The notes under the pieces were generated by a model that saw only the letters and a program-made list of their open reading frames with translations, was not told where the DNA came from and did no database searches. A program made the translations under genes and the position numbers. Shown piece after piece: positions 17,998 through 25,907 of a stretch of DNA of 64,000 nucleotides (the first letter of the stretch is position 1; each line of letters opens with the position of its first letter). The stretch covers positions 49,767-113,766 of the forward strand of contig CALKVK010000011.1 of NCBI GenBank assembly GCA_937996235.1, in the 5' to 3' direction. This stretch comes from an uncultured bacterium (lineage in GTDB: Bacteria; Planctomycetota; JAJSAM01; JAJVHW01).

Positions 17998-18046
17998 CGA
18001 CGGAATCGCGCGCGGCGCCGCCAACACTCCCCCGCGCGGCGGGAAG

Positions 18047-21000
18047 ATGGGAGTGATGGCCGACGAGGCGCACCCGCGGGTCGATCCGCCGACGCTCGAC
18101 GTCGCCGCGCTGCTGGAGCACGCGGCGTGGGCGCGCGCGCTCGCCGCACACCTCGTGCACGGCGCCGCGGACGCCGACGACCTCGTCCAGGAGACGTGGC
18201 TCGCCGCGCTGCGCCGCCCGCCGGAGACGGACCGGCCGCTCCGGCCGTGGCTCGCGACCGTGCTGCGGCGGCTCGCGTCGCGGCGACGTCGCGACGACGG
18301 CCGCCGTGCGCGGCGCGAGACCGCCGCCGCGGCGCGCGAGGACGAGACGACGGTGCCCGCGAGCGACGAGATCGCGTCGGCCCTCGAGGCGCGGCGCCTG
18401 CTCGGCGTCGCCGTCTCGGAACTGCCGGAGCCGTTCCGGACGACCGTCTATCTGCGCTACTACGACGGGCTCGACGGCAACGAGGTCGCGGCGCGCACCG
18501 GCGTGCCGCCCGGCACGGCGCGCTGGCGCCTCGCGCGCGGCATCGCGCTCCTGCGCGAGCGCCTCGACGCGCGGACACCCGGCGGGCGCGGCGCGTGGTG
18601 CGCGCTGCTCCTGCCGCTCGTGCCGCGGTCCCTTCTCCCCCACAGCGCCGCGACGGCGGCGGCCGGCGGCACAGCCGCGGCAGGAGCGATCACGATGGCG
18701 ACGACGACGAAGGTGGTGGCCGCCGCCGCCGTGGTGCTGGTGCTGGCGACGGCCACGTGGGTCGGGATCGAGGCGACGCACGACGACGCGCCGCCGCGCG
18801 AAGACGTCGCGTTCGTGCCGGAGACCTCCGGCGCTGCGGAGGAGTCGCCGCGGGAGCGCGCGCACGTCGCCACGACGGGAGACGCGGCATCCGAGAGCGA
18901 CGCCGCGGCGCCGGACGAGCGAACCGCGGTGACGCCGCCCGCGGCGGACGCGCCCGGTCCGCTGCTGCGCGGACGACTCGTCGGACCGAGTGGCATCGCC
19001 GTGGCGCACGGGTGGGTGCGCGTCGGCGACGAGGACCCGGCGTTCGAGACGCCGTGCGCGGCCGACGGCACGTTCGCGCTGCACCTGCGCGGCGCACCCG
19101 ACGCGCGCCGCGTGCGTCTCGACGCGGGCGCCGAAGGCTGCGGCTCGGAGTCGGTGCGCGTCGACGCCCCCGCCGACGGCATCGTGGAGGTCGGCGACAT
19201 CGAACTCGGCGACGGCGGCTCGATCGAGGGCCGCGTCGTCGACACGGCGGGCGCGCCCGTGCCGGGCGCGAGCATCCGCCTCGTCGGCGAGAGCTACCAC
19301 GCGGAGCTGCTCGAGACGGCGCGGCGGATGCCGATCGATCTGACGCGCGCGTTCCCCGCGACCGTCTCGGACGAGTCCGGGCACTTCGTTCTCCCGGGCG
19401 TGCGCGTCGGCGCGCCGCGCCTGTGGGCCGCGAAGGCGGGGTGGCTCGGCAGCCCCAGCGGAGTCATCGAGGTGCGCGCACGGCAGCGCTCGACGGGCGT
19501 GCGGATCGTCCTCGAGCGGCCGTCCGAGGACGAGCTGGTGCGCGTGCTCGTGCAGCGTCGCGACGGCACGCCCGCGGCCGGCGCGGTCGTGCGCTACGCA
19601 TACGACGGCGACCGCGTCTCGGGCACGAACCAGCGCACGACGGACGACGCAGGGCGCCTGGAGATCCTGCTCGGCCCGGGGCGCATCCGCTGGCTCACCG
19701 CGAGCGGCACGGGCGACGACGGCGAACAGGTCACGCGCACGGACGTCGCGCGCGGCAGCAGCGTGACGTTGCGGCTCGGCAGCGCGCCGAGCGTGGAACT
19801 GCGCGTGCGCGGAGGCGATGGCGCGCCGCTCGGCGAGTTCGGGTGGGAGGTGCTCGGCGAGGACGGCTCGTCGCTCGCCGTCGAGGGCCGCGCGGCGCGC
19901 GCGGACGGCACCGCGCGCGTCACCCTGCCGCAGGGGCGCGGGCGCATCGCCGTCGATGCGCCGGGCCACGCGATCGCGACGACGGAGCTGCTGGACACGG
20001 CGGCGCTCCCCGACCACGTGGATCTCGTCGCGACGCCGCTGCCGGGCATCTCGGGCCGCGTGCTGCTCGACGGTGTGACGCGCGCGGGCGTCACCGTCGA
20101 GCTGGTCGCCGCGGTGGGAACCGAGGAGAGCGTGCAGATCAACGGCCGGCCCACGCGCTGCGAGTTCGAGCCGGCCGCGACGACGACGACGCGCGAGGAC
20201 GGCTCGTTCGCGCTGACGATGCGCGACAGCGGGCGCTGGTTCCTGCGCGTGCGCGACGGCGCGTTCGCGGCGCTCTGCGGCCCCTACGACATCGCTGCCG
20301 ACGCGGGCCGCGCGGGGCTCGAGGTGAGTGTCGGGCGGCCGGGCGCGATCGAAGGCGTCGTGGTCGTCGACGCCGGCCGCTCGCCCGCAGGCGTGCTGCT
20401 CGCCATCACGAACTTCGACGGGCTGCCGCGCACGATCCGCACCGACGCGAACGGACGCTTCCGCGCGGAGGGCCTCGCGCCGGGTCCGTGGCTCGTGGGC
20501 GAGAGCGAGTTCGAGATCCGCCCGGACGAGGTCGTGACGACGCGTGCGGCGGGGCGCGAGCGCTTCGAGGCGAACTGCGACGTGCCTCCCGGAGGCACCG
20601 CGACGCTGCAGCTCGACCTCCGCGCGGCCACGCGGCCGACGCTGCGCATCGCCGTGCGCGTGAACGGCCGCCCCGCCGCCGGAGCACGCGTCGCGCTGCT
20701 CGCCGACGAGAACCCGTTCGGGCGCGAGGAGAGCATCGGCACGCTCGACGCCGACGGCCGCGCGCAGCTCGCGGCCGGCGCGCCCCGACGCGGCGTCGTG
20801 CGCATCGTGGGCGCCGATGGGCCCGCGGTGCACGCGCCGGTGGAGCTCGGCGCAGACGCGCAGCTCGACGTCGCGTGGGAGACGGGGACCGTCGAGGTGA
20901 CGGGTGTCGCCGCGGACGCGGCGCGCACGGTCGTGATCGTGGTCCTGCGCGACGACGGGCTGCTCGCGCTCGCCGAGCTGCGCGCGGACGGCGAGGGACG

Positions 21001-21148
21001 CCTCGTCGCGCGCGATGTCCCGACGGGCCGCGTGCGCGTGGTCGCGGCGGCGGCGATCGACATGCAGACGGCACCTGCGGCGTGGGCCGCCGTGGACGAG
21101 GGCGTGCTCACGCGCGGCGCGCTGCTCGGTCTCTCCGCGTCACGCTGA
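18047..21148 (+). CDS. ECF sigma factor fused in frame to a TM helix and a ~800-aa extracytoplasmic region with CarbopepD_reg-like repeats (paralogue 1)
   Basis: N-terminus has sigma region 2 (DDLVQETWLAAL) and region 4 (AARTGVPPGTARWRLARGIALLRERL), then TM MATTTKVVAAAAVVLVLATATWV. Many GRVVDTAGAPVPGASIRLV-type beta-sandwich repeats follow. No in-frame stop between sigma and sensor. G/C third-position bias is consistent throughout the ORF. Confidence 0.65.
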   Translation: MGVMADEAHPRVDPPTLDVAALLEHAAWARALAAHLVHGAADADDLVQETWLAALRRPPETDRPLRPWLATVLRRLASRRRRDDGRRARRETAAAAREDETTVPASDEIASALEARRLLGVAVSELPEPFRTTVYLRYYDGLDGNEVAARTGVPPGTARWRLARGIALLRERLDARTPGGRGAWCALLLPLVPRSLLPHSAATAAAGGTAAAGAITMATTTKVVAAAAVVLVLATATWVGIEATHDDAPPREDVAFVPETSGAAEESPRERAHVATTGDAASESDAAAPDERTAVTPPAADAPGPLLRGRLVGPSGIAVAHGWVRVGDEDPAFETPCAADGTFALHLRGAPDARRVRLDAGAEGCGSESVRVDAPADGIVEVGDIELGDGGSIEGRVVDTAGAPVPGASIRLVGESYHAELLETARRMPIDLTRAFPATVSDESGHFVLPGVRVGAPRLWAAKAGWLGSPSGVIEVRARQRSTGVRIVLERPSEDELVRVLVQRRDGTPAAGAVVRYAYDGDRVSGTNQRTTDDAGRLEILLGPGRIRWLTASGTGDDGEQVTRTDVARGSSVTLRLGSAPSVELRVRGGDGAPLGEFGWEVLGEDGSSLAVEGRAARADGTARVTLPQGRGRIAVDAPGHAIATTELLDTAALPDHVDLVATPLPGISGRVLLDGVTRAGVTVELVAAVGTEESVQINGRPTRCEFEPAATTTTREDGSFALTMRDSGRWFLRVRDGAFAALCGPYDIAADAGRAGLEVSVGRPGAIEGVVVVDAGRSPAGVLLAITNFDGLPRTIRTDANGRFRAEGLAPGPWLVGESEFEIRPDEVVTTRAAGRERFEANCDVPPGGTATLQLDLRAATRPTLRIAVRVNGRPAAGARVALLADENPFGREESIGTLDADGRAQLAAGAPRRGVVRIVGADGPAVHAPVELGADAQLDVAWETGTVEVTGVAADAARTVVIVVLRDDGLLALAELRADGEGRLVARDVPTGRVRVVAAAAIDMQTAPAAWAAVDEGVLTRGALLGLSASR

Positions 21149-21163
21149 CCGCGCGCGGTGCGC

Positions 21164-22507
21164 TCAGTGTGCGTGCGCGGCGAGCGCCGCGCGCACGACC
21201 GGAACGAGCGCCGCGCCCACGGCCGCGCAGCCGGCGACGCTCAGGTGCGTGTCGTCGCGGAAGTACGGCAGCTCACCCTCTTCGGCCTGGCGGCGCAGCG
21301 CGGGCGTCAGATCGACGTACGTCGCGCCCGCGCCGAGCGAGCGCACGGCGTGCTCGAGCCGCTCGTCCACGTCGGTCGGCTTCCAGGACGCCGCCTCGGA
21401 GTCGGGCGCGTAGGTCAGCAGATGCCCGAGCGCGCGGAACTTCTGCGGCACGAACGCCACCACGAACTCGGCATCGGCGGCGGAGCACGCGCCGTGCGCG
21501 GCACGCAGGATCTCGGCGAGATCGCCGAACGTCGCGCCGTCGTACGGCCCGTCGCCCTGGGGCGGCTGCATGAAGTAGACGTTCTGTGCGACGCCGTCGC
21601 GCACGAGCCGTCCCGAGCGCGGGGCAGCATCGGGGCGCGGCTTCCCGATCCACGTCACGATGCGTTCGAGAGCGTTGTGGGTGAAGGAGCGCTGCACGAA
21701 CCCGTGGCGCTCGCGGAACGACGCCTTCCGATCGGCGACGAACTCCTGGTAGACGCGCAGGTCCGAGAGGTCGTTGCCCTCGTAGAAGAACCAGACGACC
21801 GCGCGGGGCCGCAGACCGAGTCCGACCCGTCGCAGCGCGGCGAGCTCCTCGCCCGGTCCCCAGCCGGTGTGCGCGAGCGAGTACGCAGTGCAGTCGGCGC
21901 CGCGGCGCAGCAGCGCGGGCACGGTCTCACCCTCGGGCACGTACGCCTCGAGGAGCATGGAGTCGCCGACGAGCACCGCGTCGGCCTGCTCGAGCGGCTC
22001 CGGGTTGCGGAAGCCGCGGGCGTCGAACGCCACGTCGAACGCATGCTCCTCCGGGTCCGGCACGCGGCAGATGACCGCGATGTTGCCGGGCGCCCGGTCG
22101 CCGCTCGTGCGCCACCCGGGTCGCGCGACGTAGCGCATGTCGTCGTCCGGCACGTAGTGCGGATCGCGGCTCGGCGCGACGACGGGCTGGCGCAGCACGA
22201 GACGATAGTCGACGCCGGCGAGCGTCCCGGCCTCGAGCACCAGGACGCACAGGCCGAGCGCCAGGTGCACGGCCATCGCCCGCAGCGCGAACGTGCGGCG
22301 CGGCGTGCGCACGACGGCGCGCAGCGCGCACCACGCCGCGACCCAGAGCGCGCAGAGCGCGGCGACCGCCGCCGCAGGCGCCGTCGTGCTCCTCCAGAGC
22401 GCGATGCCCGCGCCGCCGAAGAGCAGCGCGGCCAGCGCGAGCGCGCCGCGCCGCGGCGGGACGTCCGCGTGCGCCGCGGGAGCGCGGGTGTCCAGCGATT
22501 CGGACAT
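21164..22507 (-). CDS. Membrane-anchored SGNH/AlgX-AlgJ-like hydrolase or acyltransferase
   Basis: ATG at complement 22505-22507 preceded by AGGAGG. Two N-terminal TM helices, then VLVGDSMLLEAY (GDS) and a C-terminal DTHLS-like motif resembling SGNH / AlgX-type proteins. Confidence 0.55.
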   Translation of the reverse strand: MSESLDTRAPAAHADVPPRRGALALAALLFGGAGIALWRSTTAPAAAVAALCALWVAAWCALRAVVRTPRRTFALRAMAVHLALGLCVLVLEAGTLAGVDYRLVLRQPVVAPSRDPHYVPDDDMRYVARPGWRTSGDRAPGNIAVICRVPDPEEHAFDVAFDARGFRNPEPLEQADAVLVGDSMLLEAYVPEGETVPALLRRGADCTAYSLAHTGWGPGEELAALRRVGLGLRPRAVVWFFYEGNDLSDLRVYQEFVADRKASFRERHGFVQRSFTHNALERIVTWIGKPRPDAAPRSGRLVRDGVAQNVYFMQPPQGDGPYDGATFGDLAEILRAAHGACSAADAEFVVAFVPQKFRALGHLLTYAPDSEAASWKPTDVDERLEHAVRSLGAGATYVDLTPALRRQAEEGELPYFRDDTHLSVAGCAAVGAALVPVVRAALAAHAH

Positions 22508-22812
22508 CGCAGCCTCCTGGCCCGGCCCGTTCACGGGGTTCGCGCACGTCGCCACGACGATCACGGCGCGATCCCGCTGCTGCGCGGATACGGCGTGCAC
22601 CGTGCGCGTCGCAGGCGGCCTCCTGAGCGAGGACAGGGCGTCGCAACCGAGGCGCCCCACCGATCGCGACGCCGTGGCGTCGCAGAGGCGGCGCACTGGG
22701 CCGCTCAGGTGCGTGAGTCCTCGTGAACCGTCCGGGTCGGCAACAGCTTGACGTCGCGCCTGCGCAACATCAAGGGTGCAGAGCAGCACTTGCTCCGGTC
22801 GCAGTTTCCGTG

Positions 22813-22859
22813 CCGCATCGTTCACCGGCTCTCGGGCGGGTGCGGCTGTGACCCGGTCG
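22813..22859. promoter_or_regulatory. Conserved ~47-nt non-coding element, copy A (CCGCATCGTTCACCGGCTCTCGGGCGGGTGCGGCTGTGACCCGGTCG)
   Basis: ~85% identical to a second copy at 30716-30763. Sits in the intergenic region between the divergent genes 21164-22507 (-) and 23079-24725 (+). Confidence 0.5.
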
Positions 22860-23078
22860 TCGCGATCGCCTGGCCCCGGACGACGTGGGCGTCGCATTCG
22901 TGCGCGGCGGCAAGCTCGTCGGCTTCCGCACGCTGCGCCTCTGATGCGGCGCCGCGCGGCCGACGGCTCCAGCCGTGGCGCGCAGAGGCCGATAGCGACC
23001 TCAGTCACGAGTCGTGTGCGGGCCCGGGGGATGGCCGCGGGCCGGCGTGCGTCCGGACGCACCGCCGAGGAGTCGCCC

Positions 23079-24725
23079 ATGGCCCCCGCCCGCCCAGTCC
23101 ACCTGCTCTCCGCCGCGGCGGCGCTCTTCTGCGCCGCAGCGTTCCTCGGCTCCACGCCGCACGCCGCGGCCGAGTCGTGCGACGGCGGCGACGCGCGCGT
23201 GTTCAACGATCCCGTCGAGCTGCTCACGGTCGTGCCGCCGAGCGGCGCGGTCGAGCTCGCGGGCGCGAGCGGCGGCAGGGTGCGCATCCTCTCCGCGGGC
23301 GCGCCGCGCATCGTCTCGCTCGCGCGGCCGGACGGCCTGCGTCAGTTCACGGCGGTGGCGGTGCGCTTCGTCTTCCCCGGCGCGAAGACGAAGGCCACGA
23401 TCTCGGTGGAGATCGAGCGCACCCTCGCGGACGACGGCTACCTGTTCTCGGTCGAGGAGGTCGCGCGGCCCTGCCTCACACCCGACACGACGATCGTCGA
23501 CATCGGGCGCTCGCTCGTGCGCGTGCAGCCGGGTGTGCGCACGTCGATCGCGCAGATCCCCGAGGACGTGCCGGGCACGACGCGCGTCGACCTCGAGGGC
23601 ACCTTCCCGAAGGGCGTCGTCCACCAGCTCGTGATCTACCGCCAGAAGGACAAGGGCAACGACGTCGACACGCAGCTCGTGAACGTGTTCGTGGACGCCG
23701 AGGACGGCGTCGTGGTCCCGGACGCCGCGCTCAAGCTGCAGCCGATCGGCGCGGACGCCACGACCGGTTGCCCGGGCACGGATCTCTCGAACCTGACCGA
23801 GGCGATCCGCCTCGAGTCGCTGGTGCGCCTGCACGTCGCGAACGTGGACGCGGCCTTCGATCCCTCGAACCTGAAGACACCGAACGCGCCGCAGAAGTCC
23901 GACTTCGACACGGTGCGGACGCTGCTCGAGGCGTCGAAGGAGCACCTGAGCTGCGCGCGCAAGCTCGTGCTCGCACGACAGGATCTGCCGGAGCCGCGCG
24001 TGACCGCCGCGGTGGCGGACATCGACGAGGCGCTGGCCGACGACGACGCGGCGCTCGCGGCGCTGACCGCCCCGGTCGACGGCGTGAAGAACCGCTCGGT
24101 GCGCGAGATGGCGCAGCTCCGCGCGGCGAGTGTCGCGCTCTCGACGACGGTCGGCCGCAAGGTGGACGCCGCGCGCGAGATCGACCCGAACTACGCGGAG
24201 CAGGCGCTCGCCCCGGTCTACGACTCGAACGCGCCGCTCGCCGACAAGGTCACGCGCTACGAGGAGCTCGTGAACTCGTTCGAGATGAAGCTCGACGCAT
24301 TCTCCGACACCGTCGTCGCGATGAAGCTGCGCGTGAAGCAGAACGGTCAGGACGGGCTCGCGCAGGTGCTCGCGTCGAACCAGAACCGCGAGTGCCTGCG
24401 CTTCCTCGAGAAGACGATCCTCGCCGACCTGCGCGAGATGGTCGTGCTGATGCAGCCGGCCGGCACGAAGCCCGACGTGACGAAGGAGAAGCGCAAGGCC
24501 GTCCAGAACCTGGTGAAGGAGTCGGGCCGCTCCGCAGCCGCGGTCGAGTCCGCGACGTCACGCGGCGACGCGCGGCTCGTCGAGCAGCCGGCGCCGCCGC
24601 CGAAGCGCTCGTTCCAGAAGGCGCGCGAGCGCGACCTCGACTTCCTGATCAAGCGTGCAGGGAAGGGCCGCAAGCTGCGCGACAAGGTGAAGGACGACCA
24701 GACGCTGCTCGGCCGCGACGACTGA
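23079..24725 (+). CDS. Secreted hypothetical protein (548 aa)
   Basis: ATG 23079 gives MAPARPVHLLSAAAALFCAAAFLGSTPHAAAESC, a signal peptide. Protein-like composition with a Lys/Glu-rich C-terminus. Confidence 0.55.
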   Translation: MAPARPVHLLSAAAALFCAAAFLGSTPHAAAESCDGGDARVFNDPVELLTVVPPSGAVELAGASGGRVRILSAGAPRIVSLARPDGLRQFTAVAVRFVFPGAKTKATISVEIERTLADDGYLFSVEEVARPCLTPDTTIVDIGRSLVRVQPGVRTSIAQIPEDVPGTTRVDLEGTFPKGVVHQLVIYRQKDKGNDVDTQLVNVFVDAEDGVVVPDAALKLQPIGADATTGCPGTDLSNLTEAIRLESLVRLHVANVDAAFDPSNLKTPNAPQKSDFDTVRTLLEASKEHLSCARKLVLARQDLPEPRVTAAVADIDEALADDDAALAALTAPVDGVKNRSVREMAQLRAASVALSTTVGRKVDAAREIDPNYAEQALAPVYDSNAPLADKVTRYEELVNSFEMKLDAFSDTVVAMKLRVKQNGQDGLAQVLASNQNRECLRFLEKTILADLREMVVLMQPAGTKPDVTKEKRKAVQNLVKESGRSAAAVESATSRGDARLVEQPAPPPKRSFQKARERDLDFLIKRAGKGRKLRDKVKDDQTLLGRDD

Positions 24726-24737
24726 GCGAGGACGCGA

Positions 24738-25490
24738 TCAGAAGAACGCCTCGGGGACGTCGATCCGGTCGCCGTCCTCGAGCTCCGGATCGGGGCGCCG
24801 CCCCGAGCGCACGGCGTCCATGTCGACCTCGATGACGCTGTCGCCGCGCAGGATGCGCACGCGCGACGTGTCGGCGAACTTGCCGAATCCGCCGCACTCG
24901 GAGACGGCGCCGAGCAGGGTCAGACGCGGTCGCAGGGCGACGGGCCTGGCGTGCTCCACACTGCCCAGCACGTAGACGCGCGGCCCGTCGACGGGCGGCG
25001 TCGTCGCAGGCGCGGCGGCGGGCGCGGGCGACGGCGGAACCCAGACACGGAGCCAGTCGGCGAGGCGCTGCGCATCGGCTGCGGGCAGGTCGAAGCGCGG
25101 CATCGCCACGGGCTGCGTCGCCGGCTCGGGACTCGCGACGGCGGCTGCCGAGAGCCGCTCGTGGAGTGCTGTGAGCCGTGCGTCGGTGCGGACCATGAAC
25201 CACACGAGCGCGACCGCCACGACGAACGACAGGCCCACCTGGATGCGCTGCAACATCTCCCGTTCCTCCATGTGCACGGCGCGACAGGCGGCGACCGCCC
25301 GCGCGCGGTCCCCGAAGCGCTCCTCGGCGCGGCGGCGGGCCTCCGCCGGCTCGATGCCCGCGGCGACCAGTTCGTCCGCGCAGTGCGCGAGGTGCGCCTC
25401 GAACTCGTCCTCGATGTCGCGCGTGAGCGCGTCGGGCGCCGCGTCGCGCGGTGGGCGGCGATAGATCCCGAAGCGCTCGAGGAAGCTCAT
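24738..25490 (-). CDS. PadR-associated membrane protein: HAAS/DUF1700-like N-domain, TM helix, SLBB/polysaccharide-export-like C-domain
   Basis: N-terminus MSFLERFGIYRRPPRDAAPDALTRDIEDEFEAHLAHCADELVAAGIEPAEARRRAEERFG. TM helix VGLSFVVAVALVWFMV. C-terminal ...GDSVIEVDMDAVRSG...GDRIDVPE. Start overlaps the padR stop (ATGA). Confidence 0.55.
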   Translation of the reverse strand: MSFLERFGIYRRPPRDAAPDALTRDIEDEFEAHLAHCADELVAAGIEPAEARRRAEERFGDRARAVAACRAVHMEEREMLQRIQVGLSFVVAVALVWFMVRTDARLTALHERLSAAAVASPEPATQPVAMPRFDLPAADAQRLADWLRVWVPPSPAPAAAPATTPPVDGPRVYVLGSVEHARPVALRPRLTLLGAVSECGGFGKFADTSRVRILRGDSVIEVDMDAVRSGRRPDPELEDGDRIDVPEAFF

Positions 25491-25843
25491 GCGGGCTCCG
25501 GATCGGGCGCCGGTCCGAGCACGCGCGCGACGGCGTCGGAGACGCGCCGCCACGCCGCGCCCTCGTCGCGCAGCTCGCGCCGACCGCGCGGCGTCAGGCG
25601 GTAGAAGCGCGCTCGGCGGTTCGACTCGCTGCGCCCCCACGACGCATCCACGGCGCCGCGCCGTTCGAGCCGGTGCAGCGCCGGATAGAGCGAGCCCTCC
25701 TCGACGTGCAGCACGTCGCCGCTGCGGGCGCGGATGCGGCTCGCGATCGCGTAGCCGTGCAGCGGGCCCTGCGCGAGCACGCGCAGGACGAGCAGGTCCA
25801 GAGTGCCGCGCACGAGCTCCGAGCGGTCGTCGTCGTGTCCCAT
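25487..25843 (-). CDS. PadR-family transcriptional regulator
   Basis: LVRGTLDLLVLRVLAQGPLHGYAIASRIRARSGDVLHVEEGSLYPALHRLERRGAV is a canonical PadR wHTH. Confidence 0.85.
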   Translation of the reverse strand: MGHDDDRSELVRGTLDLLVLRVLAQGPLHGYAIASRIRARSGDVLHVEEGSLYPALHRLERRGAVDASWGRSESNRRARFYRLTPRGRRELRDEGAAWRRVSDAVARVLGPAPDPEPA

Positions 25844-25849
25844 AGCTTT

Positions 25850-25882
25850 CCTAGGGGACGACTCTGCGCCACCTCCCCTAGG
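25850..25882. promoter_or_regulatory. Perfect 9-bp inverted repeat CCTAGGGGA-N15-TCCCCTAGG immediately upstream of padR (candidate operator)
   Basis: Read directly from the sequence. Begins 7 nt upstream of the padR start codon (25843, minus strand). Conspicuous AT-containing palindrome in GC-rich DNA. Confidence 0.4.
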
Positions 25883-25907
25883 ACGTCAAGGGGAAACACC
25901 GGATCGA

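Noticed and set aside
15901-18027. 708-aa minus-strand ORF
   Set aside because: Antisense to the ankyrin, DUF2277 and DUF3052 genes. Ala/Ser/Arg-rich low-complexity translation.
17879-20833. 984-aa minus-strand ORF
   Set aside because: Antisense to sigma fusion 1. Arg/Ala-rich junk.
18695-21148. Alternative model: sensor part of sigma fusion 1 translated separately from internal ATG 18695 (MATTTK...) as a classical anti-sigma factor
   Set aside because: Not excluded, but there is no stop codon ending the sigma reading frame upstream. The same fusion architecture recurs in all three paralogues, so a single polypeptide is the more parsimonious reading.
18127-21573. 1148-aa plus-strand ORF in an alternative frame of the sigma-fusion region
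   Set aside because: Extremely Arg-rich with no domain-like segments. The +0 frame (18047-21148) has the sigma motifs, the TM helix, beta-sandwich repeats and correct third-position GC bias.
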